A program made the position numbers and the translations under genes. DNA of 32,000 nt from Pseudomonas aeruginosa (GTDB taxonomy: Bacteria > Pseudomonadota > Gammaproteobacteria > Pseudomonadales > Pseudomonadaceae): contig NZ_LN831024.1 in assembly GCF_001457615.1 (NCBI RefSeq), forward strand, positions 390,001 through 422,000, written 5' to 3'. The notes beneath the pieces are model-generated. The model saw nothing but the letters and a program-made list of their open reading frames with translations. It ran no database searches and was not told the DNA's origin. Below, in pieces: positions 12,128-21,780 of the stretch (within the stretch, counting starts at the first letter, position 1; every line of letters begins with the position of its first letter).

Positions 12128-12225
12128 GGGCTGGCTCCTCGGCGAAGCGTGGGCGGCTGCGTGGCCGCGCGTCTGTCGTTATGGCGGACCTGGTTCGGTC
12201 CGATGAATTTCGCTGCGTCGCTGGA

Positions 12226-12254
12226 TTTCTAGAGTAAATACTCTAAAGTGTCAA
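12226..12254 (-). promoter_or_regulatory. Candidate sigma70 promoter of laoCBA: TTGACA-N17-TAGAAA(T)
   Basis: The minus strand reads TTGACA (12254-12249), then ctttagagtatttactc (17 nt), then TAGAAA (12231-12226). This is about 100 nt upstream of the laoC ATG and is the only AT-rich patch in the divergent region. Confidence 0.55.
12230..12245. promoter_or_regulatory. Perfect inverted repeat TAGAGTA-aa-TACTCTA, candidate TetR(LaoR) operator
   Basis: 7-bp perfect arms with a 2-nt centre. It fills the -35/-10 spacer of the predicted laoC promoter and overlaps the -10. A TetR-family regulator is encoded divergently. Confidence 0.5.
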
Positions 12255-12415
12255 ACAGCATGCCTGCCAGCCCGGCGCTTGCGTACCCAACGAAAGGCGG
12301 GCCGGTCGCCGGCCGCCACCCCGGGGGCTGACCCGGGCGGCCGGCTTTGTGTACCTTCTACGCTGTCACGGCGGGGCGCGCCCCGCACTGTTACCCGAAC
12401 GAGCCCGTCGTCCCC

Positions 12416-13063
12416 ATGGCACCACGCATCAAGACCCGCGATCGCATCGCCCAGGCCAGCCTGGAACTGTTCAACGCCCAGGGCGAGCGCAGCGTCACCA
12501 CCAACCATATCGCCACCCACCTGGGTATATCGCCTGGGAACCTCTACTACCACTACCCGAACAAGCAGGCGATCATCGCCGAGCTGTTCGCCGAGTACGA
12601 AAGCCACGTCGAGAGCTTCCTGCGCCTGCCCGAAGGGCGGGGTCTGACGGTGGACGACAAGACCTTCTACCTGGAAGCGCTACTGGCCGCGATGTGGCGC
12701 TACCGCTTCCTCCATCGCGACCTCGAGCACCTGCTGGAAAGCGACCCGGAGCTGGCGGCGCGCTACCGCGCCTTCGCCCAGCGTTGCCTGGTCAACGCCA
12801 AGGCGATCTACCGGGGCTTCACCGAGGCCGGCATCCTGCGGATGAACGAGACCCAGCTGGAGGCCCTGACCCTCAACGCCTGGATCATCCTCACCTCCTG
12901 GGTGCGCTTCCTCTGCACCACCCTCGATCTCGACGGCGACCTCAGCGAGGCGCAACTGCGTCGCGGCATCTACCAGGTGCTGGCGCTGGAGAGCGGGCAC
13001 ATCGAGGCGCAGGCCCAGGATGCGGTGGACGGGATTTCCGAGCGGCTCTACGTGCCGCTCTGA
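12416..13063 (+). CDS. laoR: TetR-family transcriptional repressor
   Basis: Internal ATG 12416 of track ORF 12347..13063. Gives 215 aa, MAPRIKTRDRIAQASLELFNAQGERSVTTNHIATHLGISPGNLYYHYPNKQAII, the TetR N-terminal HTH. Divergent from laoCBA. Confidence 0.9.
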   Translation: MAPRIKTRDRIAQASLELFNAQGERSVTTNHIATHLGISPGNLYYHYPNKQAIIAELFAEYESHVESFLRLPEGRGLTVDDKTFYLEALLAAMWRYRFLHRDLEHLLESDPELAARYRAFAQRCLVNAKAIYRGFTEAGILRMNETQLEALTLNAWIILTSWVRFLCTTLDLDGDLSEAQLRRGIYQVLALESGHIEAQAQDAVDGISERLYVPL

Positions 13064-13458
13064 TCGCGCAGGGTTTTCTCCAGCACCTGCTGGATGTGGA
13101 TGCCGTGGCGGCGGAAGAAGGCTTCGGTACCGAGGGTGGCGTCGGTGAACAGGTAGGCGCCGCGGTGATCCTCGGCGAAGCGCCGCAGCAGGGCTGCGCC
13201 GACGCCGCTGCTCTGTGCGCCGGGCAGCACGGCGATTTCCGCCAGCCAGACGCGAATCGGTGTTTCTTCCTCGGCGCGCAGCAGGCCGACCAGGCGGCCG
13301 TCGCGTTCGGCCAGCAGGGAATACCCGGAATGCTGGTACAGCGTGCGTAGCTCGGCAGGCGGCATGCGCCGGTCCCAGCCGACCGCCGCGTGGATCGCCA
13401 GGATCGCCTCGCAGTCGGCGTCGTCGAGCATCGGGTTGTGCCGCAGCGTCAGTTCCAT
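13048..13458 (-). CDS. GNAT-family N-acetyltransferase (small, 136 aa)
   Basis: C-terminal part of track ORF 13048..14487 starting at ATG 13458-13456, preceded by AAGGAAAAAGGGGGG. Acetyl-CoA loop VLPGAQSSGVGAALLRRF (Q/RxxGxG/A). Its 3' end overlaps the laoR 3' end by 16 nt. Confidence 0.85.
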   Translation of the reverse strand: MELTLRHNPMLDDADCEAILAIHAAVGWDRRMPPAELRTLYQHSGYSLLAERDGRLVGLLRAEEETPIRVWLAEIAVLPGAQSSGVGAALLRRFAEDHRGAYLFTDATLGTEAFFRRHGIHIQQVLEKTLRDQSGT

Positions 13459-13520
13459 TCGCCCCCCTTTTTCCTTCAGCCTGTTCCTATTCTGCCGCCC
13501 GTCGCCGGACGCCGGCCAGC

Positions 13521-14519
13521 TCAGTGCTGCCGCAGGCGGGCCTCCAGCCAGTCGGGGATGCGTCGTTCCAGGTAGTAGGTGGGCTGGCGCGGAGAGCCGT
13601 CGACGAAGCCGACGTGACCGCCGCGGGCGTGCAGCTCCAGCTCGGTGCAGGGTGCCAGTTCGCTGCGATCGGGCAGGCTGCGGGCGAACACGAAGGGGTC
13701 GTCGCTGGAATGGATGATCAGGCTCGGCGTGCGGATGTCCGGCAGGTAGTAGCGGCTGGACGCGCGCCGATAGTAATCCCTGGCGTCGGCGAAGCCGTGC
13801 AGCGGCGCGGTGACCCGGCCGTCGAAGTCCCAGAAGGTGCGCATGCCCTCCAGCGGACCGAGGCGTTGCAGGGCGGCCAGGCCTTCCGCCTGGCCCTGCT
13901 CGCCGAACAGCCGCTGCTTGTCCTGCACGTAGGTCAGCATGGCCTTCATGAAGTGCGCCTGGTAGACCCGGGAAAAGCCCAGGCCGATGCGGTCGGCGCA
14001 CTCGTCCAGGCGGAACGGCACCGACACCGCGACGCCGCCGAGCAGCGGGCAGTCCCCAGCGGTTTCGCCCAGGTACTTGAGCAGCACGTTGCCGCCCAGC
14101 GAATAGCCGACCGCGTACAGCGGCGCTTGCGGGCGCCTGGCGCGCAGGTGCGCGACCACCTCGGCGAGGTCGTCGCTGACCCCGGAATGGTAGCCGCGCG
14201 GCAGGCGGTTCGGCTCCCCCGAGCAACCGCGCCAGTTCAGCGCCACGCTGGCCCAGCCGCGCTCCAGCAGGGCGCGCTGCAGACCGAGGATGTAGTGCGA
14301 CGAGGATGACCCGGTGAGGCCGTGCAGCGCCAGCACCAGCGGGGTCTCGGCATCGTGCGGGCCGGCCCAGTCGAGGTCGATGAAGTCGCCATCGGCCAGC
14401 CACAGGCGTTCGCGCTGCCGTTCCAGGGTCGGCCCGCGGCGGAAGAACGGGCTCCACAGGGTCTGCAGGTGCGGATTGGGCAGCCACCAGGCGGGCTGGA
14501 AGGTCGGGGACGCGGTCAT
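13521..14519 (-). CDS. Alpha/beta-fold hydrolase, YheT-like
   Basis: 332 aa. WWLPNPHLQTLW...LVLALHGLTGSSSSHY... and the nucleophile elbow GYSLGGN are typical of the YheT/ABHD1-3 type. Confidence 0.88.
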   Translation of the reverse strand: MTASPTFQPAWWLPNPHLQTLWSPFFRRGPTLERQRERLWLADGDFIDLDWAGPHDAETPLVLALHGLTGSSSSHYILGLQRALLERGWASVALNWRGCSGEPNRLPRGYHSGVSDDLAEVVAHLRARRPQAPLYAVGYSLGGNVLLKYLGETAGDCPLLGGVAVSVPFRLDECADRIGLGFSRVYQAHFMKAMLTYVQDKQRLFGEQGQAEGLAALQRLGPLEGMRTFWDFDGRVTAPLHGFADARDYYRRASSRYYLPDIRTPSLIIHSSDDPFVFARSLPDRSELAPCTELELHARGGHVGFVDGSPRQPTYYLERRIPDWLEARLRQH

Positions 14520-14555
14520 GCGCAGGTCATGGGCGGTGGTGGTGTGGCCACCAGC

Positions 14556-15122
14556 TTACCAGCCGAACTCGTCGGCGAGGTCCTCCGCCCGCTGGCGCGA
14601 ACCGAGGATCGGTTGCAGTTCTTCGACGAGCTGCTGCCGATAGCGGGGCGCGACGCTGCAGTCGTCCAGCAGGATGTCCTCGCCGGCGCCGCTCCAGACC
14701 TCGCCGAAGCAGGCCAGGCTGGCCGCCATCTGCCACAGGTCGTCGAAGCACGGCGCCGGGTCCCAGCCCCTGCCGCCATGCAGGTCGAAGAGTATGCGCC
14801 CGCTGCCGGTCTCGAGGATGAACGGGTCGGCGCCCTGGTCGGCCACCACCAGCCAGTCGTCCTGCCAGCCCGACAGGCGCTCGCCGCTGATGCCGTGCCA
14901 GCGATAGCCGGCCTGGCGCTGCCAGAGGCGGGCCAGGGACGGCAGGAAAAATGGGTTGCCGGCACTCTCCAGGGTGCAGTCGAGTGGGCCGACCTCGCGG
15001 TAGAAACGCTCCAGCTCGGCGGGCAGGGCGATATCGCCCTGCCAGTCGGCGGCGGATTGCGCCGCGCAAGGCTCGCCAAGCGCCAGCAGGCGTTGGCGAA
15101 TGCTCGCGGAAGCCGGGCTCAT
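14556..15122 (-). CDS. Hypothetical protein; SMI1/KNR4 (SUKH)-like features
   Basis: C-terminal 188 aa of track ORF 14556..15650, starting at ATG 15122-15120, 2 nt after the rsmD stop (TGAggATG), with GGGGAG upstream. ALPAELERFYREVGP and WLVVADQGADPFILETGSGRILFDLHG resemble the SUKH-1 pattern. The family assignment is by eye only. Confidence 0.6.
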   Translation of the reverse strand: MSPASASIRQRLLALGEPCAAQSAADWQGDIALPAELERFYREVGPLDCTLESAGNPFFLPSLARLWQRQAGYRWHGISGERLSGWQDDWLVVADQGADPFILETGSGRILFDLHGGRGWDPAPCFDDLWQMAASLACFGEVWSGAGEDILLDDCSVAPRYRQQLVEELQPILGSRQRAEDLADEFGW

Positions 15123-15124
15123 CC

Positions 15125-15721
15125 TCAGGCTCCCCGCTGCCAGAGCGCGTAATGTACGTTGCCGGCTTTCTTTTCCCGGTGCAGCCGCCAGTTTCCGGGC
15201 AGGCCGAGGGACGAGGGGACGCTCTCGCTCTCGGTATAGATCCAGGCGTCGGGGTTCAGCCAGCCGCGGGTTTCGAGCAGGCGGCAGGCGTCCTGCAGCA
15301 GGTTCTGATGGAACGGCGGGTCGAGGAACACCAGGTCGAAGGCGCTCGGAGCCTGGTTTCCCAGGTAGCGCACGGCATCGCCGAGGACCAGTTGGGCGGT
15401 GCCGCACTTGAGCGCGTCGAGGTGGTTGCGCAGGGCCGCCACCGCTTCGCCGTTGGTATCCAGGGCCAGCCCTTCGCGGGCGCCGCGCGACAACGCCTCG
15501 AGGAACAGCGCGCCGCTGCCGGCGAAGGGATCGAGCACCCGTGCGCCTTCGACATAGGGTGCCAGCCAGTTGAACAGGGTCTCGCGGACCCGGTCCGGGG
15601 TCGGTCGCAGGCCGGGCCCGTCGGGAAAGACGAAACGCCGGCTGCGCCATTCGCCACCGATGATCCGCAGCTGTCCCTGGCCGCCGTGGCGGCCGGGGGC
15701 TTTCGCAGTAGGTTTGCTCAT
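15125..15721 (-). CDS. rsmD: 16S rRNA (guanine966-N2)-methyltransferase
   Basis: The track start 15724 is a TTG; the ATG at 15721-15719 gives 198 aa. LRPTPDRVRETLFNWL and the SAM motif VLDPFAGSGALFLEALSRGA are RsmD hallmarks. The start overlaps the upstream stop (TGATG). Confidence 0.92.
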   Translation of the reverse strand: MSKPTAKAPGRHGGQGQLRIIGGEWRSRRFVFPDGPGLRPTPDRVRETLFNWLAPYVEGARVLDPFAGSGALFLEALSRGAREGLALDTNGEAVAALRNHLDALKCGTAQLVLGDAVRYLGNQAPSAFDLVFLDPPFHQNLLQDACRLLETRGWLNPDAWIYTESESVPSSLGLPGNWRLHREKKAGNVHYALWQRGA

Positions 15722-17208
15722 CAATGCTCCGGAACGCCGCTGGGTTGCTGGGCCGGCTTGGCGGTGGGTGGCGGCAGGGGTTTCTGCGGCACGCTCGGGC
15801 CGGCGCTGACGATGACGAAGGCGTCGGCGTCCAGGTGCTTGGCCATGGCGCTCCTGACCTGTTCGACGCTGAGTCCCTCGACCTGCTTGAGGAAGCTTTC
15901 CAGGTAGTCCAGCGGCAGGCCGTAGAAACCGATGGCGCCGAGCTGGCCGACGATGTCGGCGTTGCTCGCGGTGGACAGCGGGAAGCTGCCGGCCAGTTCG
16001 CGCTTGGCGTCGTCCAGTTCCTTCTGGGTCGGGCCGTTGGCCAGGTAGTCGCGGACGATGTCCTGGACCAGCTTCAGCGCCCCCTCGCTGAGTTCGGCGC
16101 GGGTCTGGAAGTTGATCATGAACGGACCGCGTGCCTGCATGGCGGTGAAGCCGGAATAGATGCCGTAGGTCAGGCCGCGCTTTTCTCGCACCTGGTCCAT
16201 CAGGCGGGTGCCGAAGCCGCCGCCGCCGAGGATCTGGTTGCCCAGGTAGAGCGCCGCGTAGTCGGGATCCTGGCGGTCGATGCCAAGCTGGGCGAGCATC
16301 AGGTGGGTCTGCTCGGAGGGGAAGTCGATGCGCGTCAGGCCGGGCTTGGGCGTTTCCGGCTGGACGGTCTTGGCCAGCGCCGGGCCCTGGGGCAGCGCCT
16401 TGGAGACTTCTGCGGCGATCGCTTCGGCCTCCTGCCGCGAGAGGTCGCCGACCAGCGCGATGACCACGTTGCCGGCGGCGTAGGCTTTCTTGTGGAACGC
16501 CTGCAATTGTTCGCGGCTGATCGGTGGAATGGACTTTTCGTCGCCGTCGCTGGAGTGCGCGTAGGGATGCTCGCCATAGAGGCGCTTGAACAGCTCCAGC
16601 CCGGCCAGCTTGCCGGGGTTCTGCTTCTGGTACTCGAAACCGGCCAGGACCTGGTTCTTGATGCGTGCCAGGGCGTCCTCGGGGAAGGTCGGCTGGCCGA
16701 TCACCTGTTCGAACAGCTTCAGCGCCTGGGTCCGCTTGTCGGCGTCGGACAGGCTGCGCAGGCCGGCCACCGCCATGTCGCGGTAGGAGCCGTTGCTGAA
16801 CGAGGCGCCGAGGTCCTCGAAGCCGGCGGCGATGGCAGTGGTGTCCTTGCCCGGCACGCCTTCGTTGAGCATGGCGTTGGTCAGCATCGACAGGCCGGGG
16901 GTGCCGGCGTCCTGGCTGCTGCCGGCGGCGAAGGTCAGGCGCAGGTCGAACATCGGCAGTTCATGGGCTTCGACGAACAGTACCTTGGCACCTTCGGCGG
17001 TCTTCCATTCCTGGATGTCCAGCTTGCGATGGACCGGCGCCTGCTTGGCGACGTCCTTCAGCGACTGCAACTGGTTTTCCTCGACCGCCGCGGCATGGGC
17101 CGCTGCCGGGGTCTGGGGGGGACGCGCGACGAAATAGGCCAGCGCGGCCAGCAACGCGATGACGATCAGGCCGAGCAGGCCATAACGCAGCCCTGTGCGC
17201 TCACTCAT
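15721..17208 (-). CDS. M16-family peptidase-like protein, degenerate zinc site (probable non-catalytic partner), N-terminal membrane anchor
   Basis: 495 aa. TM/signal segment GLLGLIVIALLAALAYFV. At the position of HxxEH it has SMLTNAML, so no zinc ligands. The start ATG overlaps the upstream gene by 8 nt (ATGAGTGA). Confidence 0.88.
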   Translation of the reverse strand: MSERTGLRYGLLGLIVIALLAALAYFVARPPQTPAAAHAAAVEENQLQSLKDVAKQAPVHRKLDIQEWKTAEGAKVLFVEAHELPMFDLRLTFAAGSSQDAGTPGLSMLTNAMLNEGVPGKDTTAIAAGFEDLGASFSNGSYRDMAVAGLRSLSDADKRTQALKLFEQVIGQPTFPEDALARIKNQVLAGFEYQKQNPGKLAGLELFKRLYGEHPYAHSSDGDEKSIPPISREQLQAFHKKAYAAGNVVIALVGDLSRQEAEAIAAEVSKALPQGPALAKTVQPETPKPGLTRIDFPSEQTHLMLAQLGIDRQDPDYAALYLGNQILGGGGFGTRLMDQVREKRGLTYGIYSGFTAMQARGPFMINFQTRAELSEGALKLVQDIVRDYLANGPTQKELDDAKRELAGSFPLSTASNADIVGQLGAIGFYGLPLDYLESFLKQVEGLSVEQVRSAMAKHLDADAFVIVSAGPSVPQKPLPPPTAKPAQQPSGVPEH

Positions 17209-18571
17209 GACGGGCCTCCTTTTCCTCGGCCTTCACAGGCAGCACTTGCGCCAGGGTCAGGCGCGACAGGGTGAAATAGGTGCGGGCGGCTTTCTGGATA
17301 TCGTCCGGAGTCACTGCCTTGAGGGCCTCCAGGTCCTGGTCGATCAGCTTCCAGGACAGGCCGACGCTTTCCAGCTGGCCGATGCTGCTGGCCTGGGCGG
17401 CGATGGAGTCCTTCTCGTAGACCATCCCGGCGATCATCTGCGCGCGCACGCGCTCGATCTCCGCGGCGCTGGGCGGGTTCTGCTTGAGGTCATCGAGCTG
17501 CTTCCACAGACCGGCCTCGACCTGCTCGAGGGTCTTGCCCTTCTGCACGTTCGGCGTGGCCGAGAGGACGAACAGGCTGTCGCCGCGGTTGAACGCGTCA
17601 TAGTAGGTGGAGGCGCCGGCGACCAGCTCCTCGCCGCGCTCCAGGCGCGAGGCCAGGCGGGCGCTGTAGCCGCCATCGAGCAGCGCGCCGATCAGGCGCA
17701 GGGCGTTGACTTCGCGAGGGTTCTCGCTGCTGCCCAGGCTGGGCACGTTGAAGCCCATGATCAGGTTCGGCAGCTGGGTGCGTACGTACAGCTTGAGCCG
17801 GCGCTCGCCGGGCTCGGCCAGTTCCAGCGGCTTGCGCGCCGGCGGCAGCTGGCGCCAGGGGATCTCGCCGAAGTAGCGCTTGGCGAGGGTCTTGACCTCG
17901 TCGGCGGTGACGTCGCCGACCACTACCAGGGTGGCGTTGTTCGGCGCGTACCAGGATTCGTACCAGTGGCGCAGGTCGTCGATGGTCATGCGCTGCAGGT
18001 CGGCCATCCAGCCGATGGTCGGGGTGTGGTAGCCGCTGGCCGGGTAGGCGGCGGCCTTGAAGCGCTCGAAGGCGAGGGCGTTGGGATTGTCGTCGGTGCG
18101 CAGGCGGCGCTCCTCCTTGATCACCTCGATCTCGCTCTTGAACTGGTCGGCCGGCAGGCTCAGGTGGGCCATGCGGTCGGCTTCCATCTCCAGCGCCACC
18201 GGCAGGCGGTCGCGGGCCAGGACCTGGTAATAGGCGGTGTAGTCGTCGGTGGTGAAGGCGTTCTCTTCCGCACCCAGGTCGCGCAGCACCCGCGAGGCTT
18301 CGCCCGGGCCGAGCTTGCGGCTGCCCTTGAACATCATGTGTTCGAGGGCGTGGGACAGGCCGGTGAGCCCGGATGTCTCGTAGCTGGAGCCGATCCTGTA
18401 CCAGAGTTGGGAAACCACCACCGGGGCGCGGTGGTCTTCACGCACTATGACCTTCAGGCCGTTGTCGAGGCTGAACTCGTGGGTGGGCTGGGTTTCCGCC
18501 GCCTGGGCGAAAAGCGGGAGACAAAGGCTGGCTAGGAGCAGGCCGACGCGGCGGCGAGCTGGGGTTTTCAT
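17201..18571 (-). CDS. M16-family zinc metallopeptidase (pitrilysin/PqqL-like), exported
   Basis: The track start 18598 is a GTG. The ATG at 18571 gives 456 aa with signal peptide MKTPARRRVGLLLASLCLPLFAQA. Intact inverted zinc motif HALEH plus the downstream GAEENAFT Glu. Confidence 0.9.
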   Translation of the reverse strand: MKTPARRRVGLLLASLCLPLFAQAAETQPTHEFSLDNGLKVIVREDHRAPVVVSQLWYRIGSSYETSGLTGLSHALEHMMFKGSRKLGPGEASRVLRDLGAEENAFTTDDYTAYYQVLARDRLPVALEMEADRMAHLSLPADQFKSEIEVIKEERRLRTDDNPNALAFERFKAAAYPASGYHTPTIGWMADLQRMTIDDLRHWYESWYAPNNATLVVVGDVTADEVKTLAKRYFGEIPWRQLPPARKPLELAEPGERRLKLYVRTQLPNLIMGFNVPSLGSSENPREVNALRLIGALLDGGYSARLASRLERGEELVAGASTYYDAFNRGDSLFVLSATPNVQKGKTLEQVEAGLWKQLDDLKQNPPSAAEIERVRAQMIAGMVYEKDSIAAQASSIGQLESVGLSWKLIDQDLEALKAVTPDDIQKAARTYFTLSRLTLAQVLPVKAEEKEARHE

Positions 18572-18718
18572 GGTGATCTGGACCTTTCGTGCCGCCACCG
18601 GGGTCTCAGGTCACTGCGGGGCAGGACCCTTAGCCCCGTCGGGCGAGGAGATGCTAGGATACCCATCCGTTTTCCGGGCGGCCACGTCCCGTGCCGCTCC
18701 CTTGAGATACAAGCATTC

Positions 18719-20061
<1,343 letters not shown>

Positions 20062-20065
<4 letters not shown>

Positions 20066-20733
20066 TCCGCTTCGAGCAGGTCGGCAAACGCTATCCCAAC
20101 GGCCACGTAGGCCTGCACGAGGTGTCCTTCCGCGTGCACCGTGGCGAGATCCTCTTCGTCACCGGCCACTCCGGCGCCGGCAAGAGCACCCTGCTGCGCC
20201 TCATCCTGGCGATGGAGCGACCGACCAGCGGCAAGCTGTTGCTCGGCGGCCAGGACCTGGGGCGCATCACCACCGCGCAGATCCCTTTCCTGCGCCGGCA
20301 GATCGGCGTGGTGTTCCAGAACCACCAACTGCTCACCGATCGTACGGTGGCGGACAACATCGCCCTGCCGCTGCAGATCCTCGGCATGCCCAAGCCGGAG
20401 ATCGCCAAGCGCGTGGCCTCGGCCCTGGAGCGGGTGAACCTGAAGGAAAAGGGCGAGGCGTTGCCTTCCGACCTTTCCACCGGCCAGCAGCAGCGGGTCG
20501 GCATTGCCCGCGCCATCGTCCACCAGCCGGCCCTGCTGCTGGCGGACGAACCCACCGGCAACCTCGACCCGCGACTCGCCTCGGAAATCATGGGTGTGTT
20601 CGAGGATATCAATCGCCTGGGCACCACCGTACTGATCGCCAGCCACGACCTGGCCCTGATCGCCCGTATGCGCCATCGCATGCTGACCCTGCAGCGTGGC
20701 CGGATCATCGCTGACCGTGAGGATGAGGCCTGA
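20062..20733 (+). CDS. ftsE: Cell-division ABC transporter ATP-binding protein
   Basis: 223 aa. Walker A GHSGAGKST, ABC signature LSTGQQQR, Walker B LLLADEPTG. Confidence 0.97.
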
Positions 20734-21740
20734 TGAGCGCCAACGATCTTCCCCGTGGCCCCGAAGAGGGCGCACCGGAACGCAAGACCCGCGAGAAACC
20801 GAGCCAGGAGCAGACCGACTGGAGCGGCTCGTTCAGCGCCTACCTGGAAAGCCATCGCGCCAGCCTGGTGGACAGCCTGCGCCGGTTGTTCGGCCACCCG
20901 TTCGGCAGCTTCTTCACCTGCCTGGTGATGGGTATCACCCTGAGCCTGCCGATGGGCCTCTCGCTGCTGCTGAACAATGTCGAACGGCTCGGCGGCTCCT
21001 GGCAGCGGGCGGCGCAGATATCCCTGTTCCTCGACCTGAAGACCAGCGAAAATCAGGGCCAGGACCTGCGCGAGCAGATCGAGCGCCTGCCGGACGTGAT
21101 CGAGGCCCAATTGATCAGCCGCGAGCAGGCGCTCAGCGAATTGCAGGAACAGTCCGGCCTGGGCGAAGCGCTCAAGGAGCTGCCGGAGAACCCGCTGCCG
21201 CCGGTGATCTCGGTCACGCCCAAGCAGATCGACCGGGCTGGCCTGGAGGCACTGCGCCAGCAGCTCGCGGAGCTGCCTCATGTGCAGCAGGCGCAGCTCG
21301 ACCTGGTATGGGTCGAGCGCCTGAGCGCGATCCTCAAGCTCGGCGAACGCTTCGTCTTCGGCCTGACCATCCTGCTGGTGCTGACCCTCTTGCTGGTGGT
21401 GGGCAACACCATCCGCCTGCACATCGAAAATCGCCGTAACGAAATCGAGGTGATCAAGCTGGTCGGCGGGACGGACGGTTACGTGCGCCGGCCATTCCTG
21501 TACATGGGCGCGTTGTACGGCCTGGGCGCGGGCATCCTGTCCTGGGCGCTGCTGGCCTATTCGCTGAACTGGCTGAACGGTTCGGTGGTCAACCTTTCAG
21601 GGCTGTACGGCAGCGACTTCGGCCTGCAGGGCGTGCCGCTGGACGACGGCCTGTCGCTGACCGTGGGCGCGGTGCTGCTTGGCTGGGTCGGCGCCTGGCT
21701 GGCCGTGGCCCGCCACCTGCGCGAGCTGGCGCCGCGCTGA
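20733..21740 (+). CDS. ftsX: Cell-division ABC transporter permease
   Basis: 335 aa. The start overlaps the ftsE stop (TGATG). Periplasmic loop followed by C-terminal TM helices. Canonical ftsYEX order. Confidence 0.95.
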   Translation: MSANDLPRGPEEGAPERKTREKPSQEQTDWSGSFSAYLESHRASLVDSLRRLFGHPFGSFFTCLVMGITLSLPMGLSLLLNNVERLGGSWQRAAQISLFLDLKTSENQGQDLREQIERLPDVIEAQLISREQALSELQEQSGLGEALKELPENPLPPVISVTPKQIDRAGLEALRQQLAELPHVQQAQLDLVWVERLSAILKLGERFVFGLTILLVLTLLLVVGNTIRLHIENRRNEIEVIKLVGGTDGYVRRPFLYMGALYGLGAGILSWALLAYSLNWLNGSVVNLSGLYGSDFGLQGVPLDDGLSLTVGAVLLGWVGAWLAVARHLRELAPR

Positions 21741-21780
21741 GGACAGGCGGATCACGACCGGCCAGCGGGTCGTTGTAAAG

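Noticed and set aside
10127-12232. Very long ORFs antisense to real genes: 701 aa at 10127..12232 (+), 716 aa at 25694..27844 (-), 590 aa at 5582..7354 (+), 516 aa at 15724..17274 (+), 446 aa at 17195..18535 (+), 397 aa at 18611..19804 (-), 443 aa at 20091..21422 (-), 321 aa at 21818..22783 (-), and others
   Set aside because: These are shadow ORFs expected in a genome with very high GC3, where stop codons are rare on the antisense strand. Their translations are Arg/Ala/Gly/Pro/Val-rich and low-complexity with no recognisable motifs. Several run straight across intergenic regions and multiple opposite-strand genes that have unmistakable homology (ALDH, GGT, M16, FtsY, FtsE, RpoH, TrmB).
12371-12386. 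Perfect 16-bp GC palindrome GCGGGGCGCGCCCCGC 30 nt upstream of the laoR ATG; also GCGCCGCGGCGC at 2272-2283
   Set aside because: With this base composition, roughly one perfect 8+8 zero-loop palindrome is expected per 32 kb by chance, and GC-only palindromes are common in this genome type. There is no supporting context, unlike the AT-rich palindrome at 12230-12245. It could still be a 5' UTR hairpin.
13048-13458. GNAT gene as a possible GNAT-type toxin (TacT/AtaT-like) of a toxin-antitoxin pair
   Set aside because: No small RHH/DUF1778-type antitoxin ORF lies upstream or downstream. The upstream neighbour is a 332-aa hydrolase 62 nt away, and the downstream sequence is the converging laoR gene.
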